NCBI GenBank assembly: GCA_973895155.1
Contig: OZ316897.1
Coordinates: 9,757,832 to 9,821,831 of the forward strand
DNA length: 64,000 nt
Source: Marsupella aquatica
Taxonomy: Eukaryota > Plantae > Marchantiophyta
Direction of reading: 5' to 3'
Position numbers and translations under genes: made by a program. The notes beneath the pieces are model-generated. The model was not told the DNA's origin, searched no databases, and worked only from the letters and a program-made list of their open reading frames with translations. Below, in pieces: positions 25,222 to 37,573 of this stretch (position 1 is the stretch's first letter; the number at the start of each line of letters is the position of its first letter).

Positions 25222-28200
25222 TCACAATTTACTCACACTTTGAATGTATGCAGTCAAAGCTTGCAAGTCACTTGCATCTAGTACATACACTCTGTCAACT
25301 ATCCCAGACTTCATTGTCAAGTTCACATTTGAAATTACCATCTCAATATCAATCCATTGTCCATCTGCTGCATCATAAGTGAACAAAGTTTTGTTGTTAC
25401 CAGTAGATTTGTACCAATTACACTGCAAGCGGCACACACTTCCACTCTGTCCAACTACAGGTACAGGCCTGTCCAACAGATCTATTGCTTTCCGATGTCT
25501 GACCCAATGGGAGCCATTCTTCTGTATCATAAACTCAATCCTACCCAACCAATATTCCTTCTTTGCAGATGTTGCGTCAACAACAGGCCCTTTATCTATT
25601 CCCTAGCTTCCTCTTCTTTGACTTGGATGATCTGGTAGAAGGACCAACCTCTGCAGCAGACTCAAACAAAACTGCTATATTAGTACCAATGTCAACCAAA
25701 CAAGTCACAGAGTCACCATTTTCCTTCTCCTTACTAGTAGTGTAATAGGTCTTCTGGGCTATCCTAGTTAGCCTATCCTTTGACATGAAAGGATTGCAGC
25801 ACAATTGACTCACAAGAGTGGACTTGTAGATAGTCCTTCCCTCATAAGTTATAGTAGACACTACTGACCAGGGTGTCTGCACATCAGTTAAGTTTGCTTG
25901 AACTCCAGCCAAGACATGCCTTACTTCATGTCCTAGTGTCTCCATCTCACAAAATGGGTTAGTGTCCACCTCAATCGAACAATCATCAACTGTTAGTGGC
26001 TCAATACAATCTTGACTGTCTAGAGTGTCCCATGAATCAATCCGATTGAGATCTTCTTCAGGATCTTCAAACTCTAGAAACTCTCCAATTGGGGGCTCAG
26101 GTCTAGGGCCTACAGTAGATCGATGCTCAACTATGTCTTCAGCATCATCACATAACACAGCCTCTTTCATGACACTTGTATCCGGCCAAGTCTCTGCACC
26201 TCCGAAGGATGAACCCACCATCGTCTTTTCGCTGCTGGCAAAGAACTCCTTGGTGACATGTTCAGCTTGCACAACAAATCCTTTGCTTCCTGCAAACCTT
26301 CCTTTAGAGTATCAACAACCAGCTCATTAGTCTGAATTATAGAGTAATCATAAATTTGGAGCTTGTTCTCCTTCATCCAGAGGATGTAAAGTTGCCCAAA
26401 CATGATCCTATTTATCATGTGATCGACGTATCTTCAATCCCTCTGGTCCATACTCTAATCCAGCTAGTCGATTCAGTCCCACTGCACTGTCCAGTAGAGA
26501 TCCAAAGTCATAATTTCTCTCATGGCCACTCATGCCACCTACCTTGCTAAAAAATATCTCACAACAATCTGATCCCAACAAGTGAAATGGAACTTGCAGA
26601 TATGGGAACTTGTCCCGAAAGGCACAGATTAACAATACTACAAAATGACAAGACATGTTGATATCATGGAAAGCCTGCATAGAAATCATGTTCTTCTTTG
26701 TGATAGATCCAGCATTCCCTGTCACAGAATGATCACCATACCTCAACCATAGCCTCCACAATCGGAAGAACCAAGATACCTTTGATGCCAAGACAACACG
26801 AGTTCTTAGGTCATGCTTAACAGAGAAGAAAATATCCATGTAGTCTGCACAAACCTCCAAGTATATCATGGTCCCAAAGCTTTTGTCATGACGAACATCT
26901 CGTCACTCATACATATGCTGCAGGCAGGCCTGCACTCTCCTGGAAGCTATTCGTTGTGGGCCAGCCCAGTTTTGTCTATCTGTCCTATTCACATCATCCC
27001 AATGCAAACCATGCTCATGAATTGCATAATGGTTATAAACACATGTGACATATGACAAAGATGCATGCTGATCACCAAGAACTAACATAGCAGACACTTG
27101 GTCCAATGGGTTAATTGCCTTCTTGCCATTGTGAGGTGGGTCTTGGTCTCCAAAACCATATAGATCTCCATTCGGAAGTATGGACACTGAGTATTGCCAC
27201 CCAACCCATCCTACACTGAACCTAGGAAAGGAACCATTCACAGTAGTATAATCTTCCATCATCAATTTCCTACGACGAGCATCACCATCACTAGCATGGC
27301 CCAACAAAGGACCAACACTGTCTCTGCAATATGTGTTCCACATGGACTTCAGCTGCACCCAATGCTCTCTTACCCAGGGAGCTCTAAACTTGTTACATGT
27401 TGGTAGAACACACAATGCCAATTTAGGCATCTTTGCATGTAGAGGATTGACAATGATTACTCTAGCATACATGCCTTAGTTTGGCATATTGCTCAAAAGT
27501 ACTTACAATCTTGTCATACTCTTCAGTACCTGCTCCAACCAGTACTTCCAAGCCAAAAGAACATGTGTGCTCCTCTAAGGGGCCACAGAAACCAATGAGG
27601 GTGTCATATTTAGCTTCCCATCTGTCACACACAATACAAAACACACATCAGCTCATGACGTGCAAACTCATCCAACACATTCAAAAGAACAAGCTAATTT
27701 ACTACAGAGACAAAAACACAAACTTGGGTCTCTCTTTTATCCTTGTTTCATCCTCAGCAAACATTACTGGTATATCTCCTAAAATTCCAAGTGACTGCTT
27801 TGATGCACATAGTACTCTGCACACCTCCTGGAATATCTCTTTTCGAATGCTAGCTCTAAAGGGTGGTAGTTTTGCTCTATCACGTTTCAAGGTCTTCAGA
27901 CCTGGACCACCTAGGTTTGCCTGGAAACAATGAGCCACTTGTCTACCTCCAAATTGGAACATGGCTTGGGAAAAGGCCTTGGTTCTCTTACTGTATTGAT
28001 AACCCTTAGCAACTCTCTGCAAGTTCTTAGCTACATCTGTCAGGAAATCCCACAACCCTTCCTTGCCACCAAAAGCACCACGCCTATGTCCATTCACAAT
28101 ATTTCTCAGAAACAGTCTTAAATCTTTCCTATCATGGGCGACTCCTAATAAATCTTCTAGCTTCTTTCGCCTAACACTCAAGGCACAAATGTTTTGAGCG

Positions 28201-28395
28201 TGTTGTGCCAACAGCCAACGCTGTTTCCTAAAGCGAGTGTTGAGGTTACCAACATGTTCCCTCAGTTCGGTTTTGGTCAAGTATGCCAACTTCATCCCAC
28301 CCTGTGTAGTCCTGTCTCCTCTCTGCACTAATGCTTCCGCTTCCCTATGCACCCTGCCACAGAAATCGTCTTCACGTTTTATTGAATCACATAGA
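25222..28395 (-). pseudogene. P-like transposase, catalytic and C-terminal part (intron 27622-27723; several stops and frameshifts)
   Basis: HTH-like YSKRTKAF...GG....H....LGGPGLKTLKR; D1 in FAEDET.IK; D2 in HASDGD; D-x2-H in DQDPPHNGKK..N; DRQNWA...RIAS; E in LGSDCCEIFFS.VGG. The order matches P-element/THAP9 transposase motifs. Confidence 0.8.
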
Positions 28396-28674
28396 GTGCA
28401 AGTGAGGTTTTCCTTGGAATGGGAACATTTTTATAATTTTTGGTTCCCCCGCGAAAAGCCCCACGGGGAGGGCAAACAGACAGACCAGAAGGCCAGACCA
28501 AGCGACATAAAACAAAGCCGAACACACAGCGCACAGGCACACATCACCAGCGCATATCCCACAGCCCCCCGACCACCAAACAGTGGAAAAGGGAAAATCA
28601 ATCACCAACACAAGCCCAAGCCCAACATAAGAGGGCATTCAACAGTCAGATCATCCAGGAAGCCACGGTCCCCC

Positions 28675-31600
28675 TCAAGCAAAAGAATTGACAGCAATGC
28701 TGCCACTGCCTAGCCAAACCCTACGCAGGTCATCCATCCATGCCTTTGCCCGAATCAGGCGGGTGCACTTCCTGCCCGGGGGGCAGCGCCGACTAACAGC
28801 AAAAGCGTTCTCCGCTGCCTCATTCAGAACAAGTCCCAAGTCAAACACCCGTCTCCCCCCCACCTGAAACATGTGAGTGTTCCTTCCCGTCCAGAGTCGC
28901 CACAGAATATGGTGCAAGACGAAGATCCGGGCCACTTGCACAGGCTCCTTCCCGCAGGCCGCCTCTAAAAGAGCCATCAGACCTCGTCCCATTGGCAAGC
29001 CCAGAATCTGCAACGAATCCTGACAGAGTAGCCAGCAACGGACCGCATGTGTACAGTGGAAGAACACGTGGGGGATCGTCTCCAGCCATCCTTTGCAAAG
29101 CTTGCAATCTCCATTACTCACCTCCATTCTGAGCGCACGTGCCCCAGTGAAAAGGCCCCCTACAATAATCCTCCACACAAAGGTCTTGCCTCTAATCGGA
29201 AGATCAGACCCCCAAAGCTTAGCCCAACACATATTCCAGCGCATCTCAGGCCAGGACAGTGACCAGATCCGATTGAGGCGGTCATGGGATGCAGTCTTAG
29301 GCCTTAAGAAATCATACACTCTACAATTCTCGATTCTGAAGTCCTTCAGCGGCTCCGGTCTGTCTGTCCATCTCCACTGCTTGGCATACAAGTAGTATTC
29401 AGATCGGCAATGGTCTGCCCGCCAAAGGCACTCCAAGAACGAACGAGCCATCGTTCGATGCTCATCAGAAAAGCCACGCATATTGTGCCATCGTAGCGGT
29501 AGGTCCTTCCAACATCCATCCTCCGTCGACCATCCATCACCAATAGACCTCAATCCCAGCCTGCCACAAATCGCAGCAATCTCTATGAGGGCTTTATTCG
29601 GAAGGGAATTGAAGCCCACCATACACCTGAGGGTATCCATGATGCTCCACCGGGAAGGTGGCCCCGTCCGCCCAGGATCGAAGAATAAGTGGGCTCTCAC
29701 TAGCTCCCAGCTTCTCCAGAGACCTGTCGTGTAGGGGAGCCCACTAAATGAACGAGGCGTGCACAGTAGCAGCCGGTCCTGGAAGGAGTATCCATTTCGC
29801 CTAATAATTTTGTAGTTCGTCCACCCCATCAATTTCAGGTTGGCTGCCAACATCCTAGACCATTCCGTCTCAGGCGCGTTAAGTGCCTTAGTGAACCATT
29901 GAGAGAGTAATGCATCAGAGTGACTGCGGAAGTCCCGGAATCCCAGCCCCCCTTCCACACGTGGCAAAGCCATCCGATCCCAGGCCACCAGGGGGACCTT
30001 CCGTCCTCCAGTGGCATTATATCCCCATAAAAATTCCCTGCTCAGAGCAATCATCTTCTTCGCCAGGCCTACAGATGCCTTGCAATACATTACATGGTAG
30101 ATCGGGATAGCAAGTAGTACCTGTTTGACCAGTAGTGAACGGCCAGTAAAAGAAAGAAGTTTGTTGGACCAAACAGAAAGTCTGGCACAAATCTTATCCA
30201 AACAGAATTTGTGCAGTTGTTCCGTGCTCAAACTCTCCCCAAAAGGTGCCCCCAGGTATTTATGTATCTCGCCTCTTCGGCTGATAAGGCAGCCTGTGTT
30301 GTTCAACCACTCTGGGATCCTTTCCAATGCCAATGGGATCACAACGGATTTCTTCAGATTCAGTCGTGCCCCACTAGCCATCTCATAGCATTCTAGAGCA
30401 GTGGTTGCTTCCTCAAAGGCACGCTCTGTGGCCGGGATAAACATCCCAACATCATCCGCAAACAGTCTATAGCAGATAGTGAATCCAGGGGTGATCTGTA
30501 GTCCACAAAGTCGGCCCTCCGCCATCTCAGTATCAAGAAAGTCCATAAGAGGTTGCGTGGAGATGACAAACAACAATGGTGACAGTGAACAGCCCTGTCT
30601 TACCCCTCGTTTAAGCTCAAATGTGTTTGATAGTAATCCGTTCACCAAGGCCCTGGAAGATGCCTGTGCTAGCAGGGCCCTGACCAGCATAGTGAAGCGT
30701 CCGCTGATGCCCAGTAGGTGCATGCATTCCCATAAGTAGTCATGTGAAACACGGTCAAAGGCCTTCTCGAAATCCAGTTTTAGGAACAATGCCTCTCTCC
30801 TCTTGTTGTGCACCCAGTCACATGTAAGCCAGGCTAAGGAAATATTTTCAAGAATGTGTCTTCCAGGTATAAATCCAGTCTGTTGCGGGCTAATAATCAT
30901 GTGTAGAATCGGTTTGAGTCGTATAGCGAGGATCTTGGCAATGAGCTTGTATATAGTATTTAACATTGTCAAAGGGCGCCAGTCCCTTAAAAACCGTTTA
31001 TCAGGTTTCTTGGGTATGAACTTCACAATTCCTTCACAGATTCCAACGTCCAAAGCCCCCGTAAGCCAAAACTCCTGTATCATATCCACCAGATCTTGCC
31101 CGAGAAACTCCCAGCAAGCTCTGTAGACCTCAGCTGTCATGCCATCCGGTCCCGGCATTTTGTCACAAGGCAGGAGCCACAGCACCTCCTTCACCTCCTG
31201 GTATGACAGGAGTCTCTCCATCCTCAAATTCTTCGCTCCAGAGAGTGCAAACCTCGTGTTGCCAAGCAGTCTGTCTCTGGCCACACGAACCTCTTCCAAC
31301 TCCGCTTCCAATCGCGGATCAGGCGAGTATAATGTTTGGCAGAACCTTTCTACCTCCTTCAGGATTTCTCCAGGGTCAGCTACTGTACTCCCGTCCTCCC
31401 TATTCAGGGAAGGCATGGACTCACGAGATCGCTTAGCCCTCACTGTAGCAAGAAAACTTTGTTGACTCGTCTCCTTCACTTAACCACTTAATTCTGGCTA
31501 GCCGTCGTCCTCTGTGTGCTTCCTCCAACTCTGAAGCATGTAGAGTGTCTTCCGCGTCCATGAACTCTGCAATGTCTCCCTCTGAATGGTGTTCTATAAT

Positions 31601-32593
31601 GGCCATCTTAAGAACTCGCAACTGAGCTCGCTGAGCTGCCATCTCCATCTCAGTTGTCCTTGGTTGGGCTTGAATTTCCTTCAATGTTTGACGCATTTTC
31701 CAGCTGCCCTTAGCAAAGCGCAGCCGCGGGTCCACAAAATCTCCTCGTCCCACCCTCCAAGCAGCCTCCAACCGCAGAATGTCCTCCCTTCTCTGCAGAA
31801 ACGCCGGGTTGGCCATGAAGAGACGCACTTTGCCTCTCTCCACCGTCTCTGTCAGTCCAGAGAGCTGCACATTCAACATAACAGGATCATGATCCGAAAG
31901 GGCTGAGCCCCCGTCATGCAGGAGTTCCACCTCACGAAGCCATTCTCCCCTTTCACTAACATAAATCCTGTCGAGTCGAGACTGTGACATCTCTCCATTC
32001 CGATTCCTTCTCCACGTGAAGCGCGGGCCAGCAGCTCCTCCCCTAATGTCCCACGCGTCTGTCAAATTAAATCTCATCTTCAAGAATCTCCAAAACTCAG
32101 CCTCTCTACCGCGGATCAGCGGCGATGTACCAGTCGAGTCCGTTCTGCGTTCCGTCATATTGAAGTCACCACACAGCACCCAGTCATTGTGTGGTAGCAT
32201 CACCTTTAGATCATTCCATAGCAGAGCTCTTAGTCTAGCTGAATTGGGAGCATATATACACGCAACTCCGAAGGTCACCGCTCCCTTCTCGATCACAGCC
32301 CATACCGCCCTTCCCATATCCAGTGTTCCCGAGCCCACCACCCTCAGCTTAGGGTGTACCAGTAGTGCCGTTCCTCCCTTTCCCTCCTCCGGCTCAGAAG
32401 AAAAGTGCTGATATGATGGGAGAATAGCCCGCAGAGCCATATCAAGTCTAAATTGATCAGCTTTCACTTCTTGAAGGGCCAGAATCCCCAGCGGTACCTT
32501 CAGCGATCTTACCCAATTCTTAACAATATGCTTACGGTTAGGCTCACAAAGTCCACAAATGTTCCAGGATGCCACCCTGAGCCTTCCGTCCAT
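28675..32593 (-). CDS. LINE ORF2 (APE endonuclease + RT + zf-RVT) with one frameshift at about 31460
   Basis: SWNICGL, LQEVK, IYAPN, GDFN, SRLDR, SDHDPV (endonuclease); KMPGPDG, WRPLTMLN..YK, KLDFEKAFDRV, GVRQGCSLSPLLF, LFADD, YLG.P (RT); C..C....ETIPHVFFHC. The two ORFs overlap at WLSEGDESTKF / FLATVR. Confidence 0.94.
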
Positions 32594-32647
32594 CCTCCTA
32601 CTATGCCAAAATTATATCCTGGCACAGCCACCCCCCATCCTTGCGTC

Positions 32648-34906
32648 TCATAGTCTATTCCGTCCCCCGGGAGACATCCCCGTCACATCTCGACCCATAG
32701 GTCCACTCAAATATCCATTAATAGAGCCAGCAGGAGAGACACGCATGGGGGATGCTATATGCGCCACTCCACCGCCAAAAGGAGCATTCCCCTGGACCCT
32801 CGCATCACAATCGCTCCCTCTAGGAATGGTGAGCAGCAGTCGCTTGTGCATTGTAATCCCGTCCGCACTTCCTGCATCAGACATGGCACCACGTGAGAAT
32901 CTAATTGATCTTTGCTTCTTAGCCTCACCTTTGGCCTTCTCAGTCCTTTCAGAGGGCGGTGTGCGAAGTTCTTGCTTGCGGGCTCTAGCTTTGAATTTGC
33001 TGTGTGAAATATAAGCTTCATATTCAGACATCTCCGCATCAGATTCTTCGTGAAAGGAGAAGGTCTCATCATTTCCATCACGCGAATTGGGAGTAGTAAG
33101 AGCTTCAATTCCTTGTTCCACTGAATTTCTCTGAGTAGTCCGTCGCCCAATTGACGGGACAACGACAGCCAGTAGTGGAATCCTGGCAGCCTCTGTGTCT
33201 TGTGAGTCCTCCATGCAGCCAGCCAGCCCAGGCGTCAGGAGACAATCAACACTTCTCTCCCTGGTTCCCGAAGAGAAAGCCGCCACCCGCAAATCCGGGT
33301 TCTCCCGCAGCAGCGGCCCCGAGTCCCGCCCTGCCATCTCCCCAGGAACCGGACTAACAATTAGCAACTCCACCTGAGCGATATCCTCCTCCACTAAAAA
33401 GGGTACCTCCAGCACAGGAGGCACCATGGCTCCCCGAAAAATAGCACGTGCTTCAGCATTTTCTTTAGCCCTCAACACCTCCTCCTGATCAGCCTCAGAG
33501 TGTCTCTCATCATCTTTCTCGTCCGGCGGGTCCGCTCCTGTCCGTAGAGCACCGGCAGTCTCCAAGATTACTTTACATTCACGGGCCAGGTGACCTCTTT
33601 GGTTGCATCGAAAGCAGTGATAGGGGATATTTTTAAACGTCACCGGTTGCCAGATAATAATGTCATCACGAATTCGAATCTTCACACTGGCAGGGACTTC
33701 CCTGTCCGTGTCCCAAAGGATGCAAGCCCGATCGTGGGGATACGAACTGAATTCGTTCCCCTGAATGTAGTACAGCAGAGTCCCTAGAGAGCACGCAATC
33801 TTTCTTCTGCAGCCCTCTAGTGCAAGATCCCTAAACGGTATCTCAATCCACACTGGGAGCTTCGTGAAGTTCTCACATTTAACATCAAAGGATGGATCCC
33901 ATGGGAACGTGTATATAAATCGTCTCTCCATAAACCATGGTGCGTAGTTGAGTGCCAGATCCCTGTGATTAGGATCCTCAAACACTATCATGTAAAAGTT
34001 CTTCCCTACGAATTTAACCTGAAGTACCGACCATCCCTCCTGGTTTGTCATCACTTCGTCTACCCATGCTCTAAAATCATTGAGGAGCGGCGTTCTTCCC
34101 ATGAAGTAGCATATGAGAGCGCAATTATATAGTTGTCTCACATTACGAGCTGCTTCCGGTAGGTTCCATTCCACTTCTGCAAAGAGTCTCTTGTCAAGAT
34201 CACCTTTGGACCTGATCGCAATCTCGCGCAGGATCTTGATACACTCTTCAGATTCGTCATCCTCCACGGGCGCGTCCTGCATCTCCACATTTTCTTGTGG
34301 CACCTCACTCCCCACCATTGCATCCTGGTTAACCTCATTCGCCCCTCTTCCAATTGTTCCACGCCCCCAGTGCAGAGCTTCGCCTTCCTTCTCCCCTGCT
34401 CCATCCCCCTCCTGCAGGTTCTGAGGCAATTCCATTCCACTCACCGACTGCACCTTAGGTCCAGGTCCATTCACCGGACGCTCATTCCCATTCAAGTAAT
34501 ACAACTGAGATCTGGCCGCAGTTGTCTCCCCCAAATTCGGGTCGTTCCTCCCAGAGCGCGCATCTTGTGCAGAGAATCCAATAGCAGGTCCACTGACCAT
34601 AACACCCCGCGCAGGTGATCGCCCCACAGCTTCACCGGGTATCCCCCCCACCTCAAGCCTTGCAGCAGGCTCCCCTTGTGTCCTCCGATCTACTCGTCCA
34701 CCAGCTAAGCGTCCCCCCCTCGCGCTCCTGCGGCTCGAGGGTCCATAATAGTCTATCCCCTGTTCCTCCATGATACAAGTGGCCTTCCTTGACTCTACAG
34801 CCTTGCATCCAATTAGGAATAAAATAGTCAAGGTCTTCTTGTACTCACCAGAAGATTCGACGATGGCTCGAAGTCCCGCTGCCACTCCACACCTCCTCGT
34901 CTCCAA
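32648..34906 (-). CDS. LINE ORF1 (DUF4283/RRM-like plus CCHC zinc knuckle); first ATG probably MEEQ at about 34771
   Basis: VGKNFYMIVF..P..RD.AL..APWF, LPVWIEIP, CFRCNQRGHLAREC; uninterrupted ORF. Confidence 0.92.
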   Translation of the reverse strand: METRRCGVAAGLRAIVESSGEYKKTLTILFLIGCKAVESRKATCIMEEQGIDYYGPSSRRSARGGRLAGGRVDRRTQGEPAARLEVGGIPGEAVGRSPARGVMVSGPAIGFSAQDARSGRNDPNLGETTAARSQLYYLNGNERPVNGPGPKVQSVSGMELPQNLQEGDGAGEKEGEALHWGRGTIGRGANEVNQDAMVGSEVPQENVEMQDAPVEDDESEECIKILREIAIRSKGDLDKRLFAEVEWNLPEAARNVRQLYNCALICYFMGRTPLLNDFRAWVDEVMTNQEGWSVLQVKFVGKNFYMIVFEDPNHRDLALNYAPWFMERRFIYTFPWDPSFDVKCENFTKLPVWIEIPFRDLALEGCRRKIACSLGTLLYYIQGNEFSSYPHDRACILWDTDREVPASVKIRIRDDIIIWQPVTFKNIPYHCFRCNQRGHLARECKVILETAGALRTGADPPDEKDDERHSEADQEEVLRAKENAEARAIFRGAMVPPVLEVPFLVEEDIAQVELLIVSPVPGEMAGRDSGPLLRENPDLRVAAFSSGTRERSVDCLLTPGLAGCMEDSQDTEAARIPLLAVVVPSIGRRTTQRNSVEQGIEALTTPNSRDGNDETFSFHEESDAEMSEYEAYISHSKFKARARKQELRTPPSERTEKAKGEAKKQRSIRFSRGAMSDAGSADGITMHKRLLLTIPRGSDCDARVQGNAPFGGGVAHIASPMRVSPAGSINGYLSGPMGRDVTGMSPGGRNRL

Positions 34907-35804
34907 GGCGCACCAAGGTCAGTCCTTCTTCTCACCGCTGTGTATGCCCGCCCATCCTTCTATTCGCAGGTTACGACGTTGAAACAGCTCTCAGCTCATC
35001 CCTATTCTCTCTCCTCTCGCTGCCAAACCTTCATACAGAATCGTCTCACCGCTCCATCCCAGGTTATGAGAAACGGAGAGTGGCATCAAAAAGTCTCCAC
35101 GCCGTCAATGAATAAGCCACGATTGTCGAGGACGTCCCACTGTCCCGTGCTCCTTCGATCCTCTTCAGCTAAAAGGCCTTCCCTCACACCTCCGTAAGCG
35201 ATTACCTCCCATCAAGTCCCCGCAGCTCCTCCCCTTTGGAAGAGACCATTCTTGGTCACATCAACCAGCCAGCACAGCCACATACGGAAAATTGATCCTC
35301 CCAATCCCATCTACCATCAGTCCGCTTACGCTCCGGTCTCCTCAAAGCCCATCCTGGCCCTTTCACTCATCACTTTTCCGCCACTCTCGGTTATAGCCGA
35401 GCACAGAATCGGATCCACCCAACACTCACCGATTTATCCACCAATGTGTAACAGTTAAGACTCTCCTTCGCCATCGCTTGTATCTGAGGAAACATTCTCC
35501 ATCGAGCAAACTGCCCCCGTACCCACCATGCCCGTGTCTGTGTACACACAGTGCGTCTCCCTTCTCCTACACCCTAAACCGCCCTAAAACCTTCTAAAAT
35601 CTCCCGAGCCGTCCAGAGCATGGAGATGTCGAGAGTGAGCAAGAGTGGGTTCATTCGCATGCGGTGTCTCCTGCGTATCAAAACCTTCCCCCTCGGGAAG
35701 CAACGCCCACACCCGATCCAGGTGTGGATGATTCCAAGCTCTTGAGAGAGAGCACAAGTCAGCGCCATGACATGTTCTTTTTATATTGTTAATAATATGT
35801 TTCC

Positions 35805-37230
35805 GTGCAAGTGAGGTTTTGAAAACCACCTCCATTAATGGACACCCTGTGACATTGCTTGTGCCTAAAACAACCCTGTATACCAACAACTGACTGGCTA
35901 GTTACATTGAAAACCTCAGCACAGGTGGTACGGTCACAGTCCTAGACATTCCCTCCCTCTTGATCATCAAGTATGCCCTTCACAGCCATAGAATCCCCTG
36001 TCCACTTGACCTCTAACTCCCACAGGCCCCAACAAAGCAAACTTAAACTTGGCTCAACGGAGGAATACAACCCACCTCTACCTGAACTGCTCCCTGCAGC
36101 AGAGCTATCCTCTCTAAAGAAATTCAGAATAGAATTTTGAGATGGAAACAGATCACGAGCATCAGGCTTCCTTGGTCTCCCCTTCTTTCCTGCCCTCAGT
36201 GCAGCCTGGGTATTGGTGACAACATTCTGAAGTGCATCCATATGATCCCGACTGACAAGGTGTTGCCTTAAATTGTGTTCCAAATTGGATTTCTTAGGGC
36301 ACATGTCAGTATGTAGCTTGCCACAGACTGTACATCTAACCTTAAACAAAAATTACCTTTGTGCAAATGTTGGATCAGTGGGAGATGGTGTGATAGAGAA
36401 CACTTCTACCACGCCACCTACCTCTGCATTCAACTTTCCAACTATTTCCACACCAGCCCCTATTTGCATACTATGATCAAATAGTGGTTGCTGTATAGTG
36501 TCAGTAGCCGTCACCAAAGCTCCAGCTAAACCCCTTCGCTTACACCAGTTCTCCTTGTGTTTAGGGTTGGTCAGGTGCTTTGTCTTGAAGTTGCTAAAGC
36601 AATTTGTGATGGACTTCAGCACCTGTGAAGTGGCTGCATTCCCATAAGTCTCCCTACACTCTAAGCATTCGAGATGACCTCGACACTCCCCTCCCTCATC
36701 CCATGTTCGCACTTTCCACTTGTGCTCACCAAAGCCCTTCTGGTTCACCCAGGATCGTAGCTTCAACCACTCATCATTCCAGGCCTTTGATGCAGCCTCA
36801 AACATGAGGTGAGACTCAAAGGAGCCTGTGACAGGCTGTACAGTAGCCTGTACTGGCACCCCCCTTGTGTTTGTCCTTGAGACAATGGAGTCGTGCCTGC
36901 CACATTGGACACAGTGGCAGCAGATGAATGAGAGGAACCAATAGTGACCCTCTCAGCAAGCAAGGCAACTAAGGGTAACTCTGCAATCACGTAAATTGTC
37001 CCTTGAAGTTCAGTCACCGCAACAGTCTTCTCTTAAAAGTGTCAGACTCGACCAGGCAACCTCTCATCCCAAAAATCAAAGTCAAACTCTACTGAACCAA
37101 CACATTTCAGACGAAAATCTGCCAGAGTCTGCCCTTCTTTGAAGGACATGACACAGATTGGCGTATCAGGCTTTCCTCCCTCCTCACCTTTTTCTACCAA
37201 TCTGACAAAGCTCATGCCTAGGTGTGCCAT
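35805..37230 (-). pseudogene. P-like transposase, N-terminal part: two C2H2-like fingers, AT-hook, PIP box, Cys cluster
   Basis: CLEC...KHL..PKH; CTVC...QHL..RDH; KKGRPRK; QNSILNFF. The frame continues across the LINE TSD as GGFQNLTC|TLCDSIKREDDFCGRVHREAEA into the 27702-28352 ORF. Confidence 0.78.
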
Positions 37231-37573
37231 GATGGATAGTTATACAGGCTGTGAAAGTAAGGGATAGGGATTAGGTACATGAACCTATCATACAACAATG
37301 GACAGACATGGAAAAGATCAGGACTCAAGTCAACCATTCACAATGTCATTTGAACACTCAATCTATTGTAGTCAATGAAACTTACTTAAGTCCATTTCAA
37401 TTCATCAAACTTCCACTTTGTTCAACCAAATAGTTAAGTCCATTTCATTCATTGAAATACTTAAGTCCATAGCATTCAACCAAATACTTAAGTATAGTTT
37501 AGGTTGTCTTATGGGTCCACTACAAAAAAGGTTCAAGTTATAAGATGGTGGAATTAGTAGCAATCATGCTGGT

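Larger units (their letters stand above)
28412..35804 (-). mobile_element. L1-clade LINE, apparently full length (7.4 kb), inserted in the P-like transposase
   Basis: 16-bp TSD GTGCAAGTGAGGTTTT at 28396-28411 and 35805-35820; ORF1 and ORF2 present. Confidence 0.96.

Noticed and set aside
28237-35458. Plus-strand ORFs over the LINE
   Set aside because: Antisense shadows of GC-rich coding sequence.
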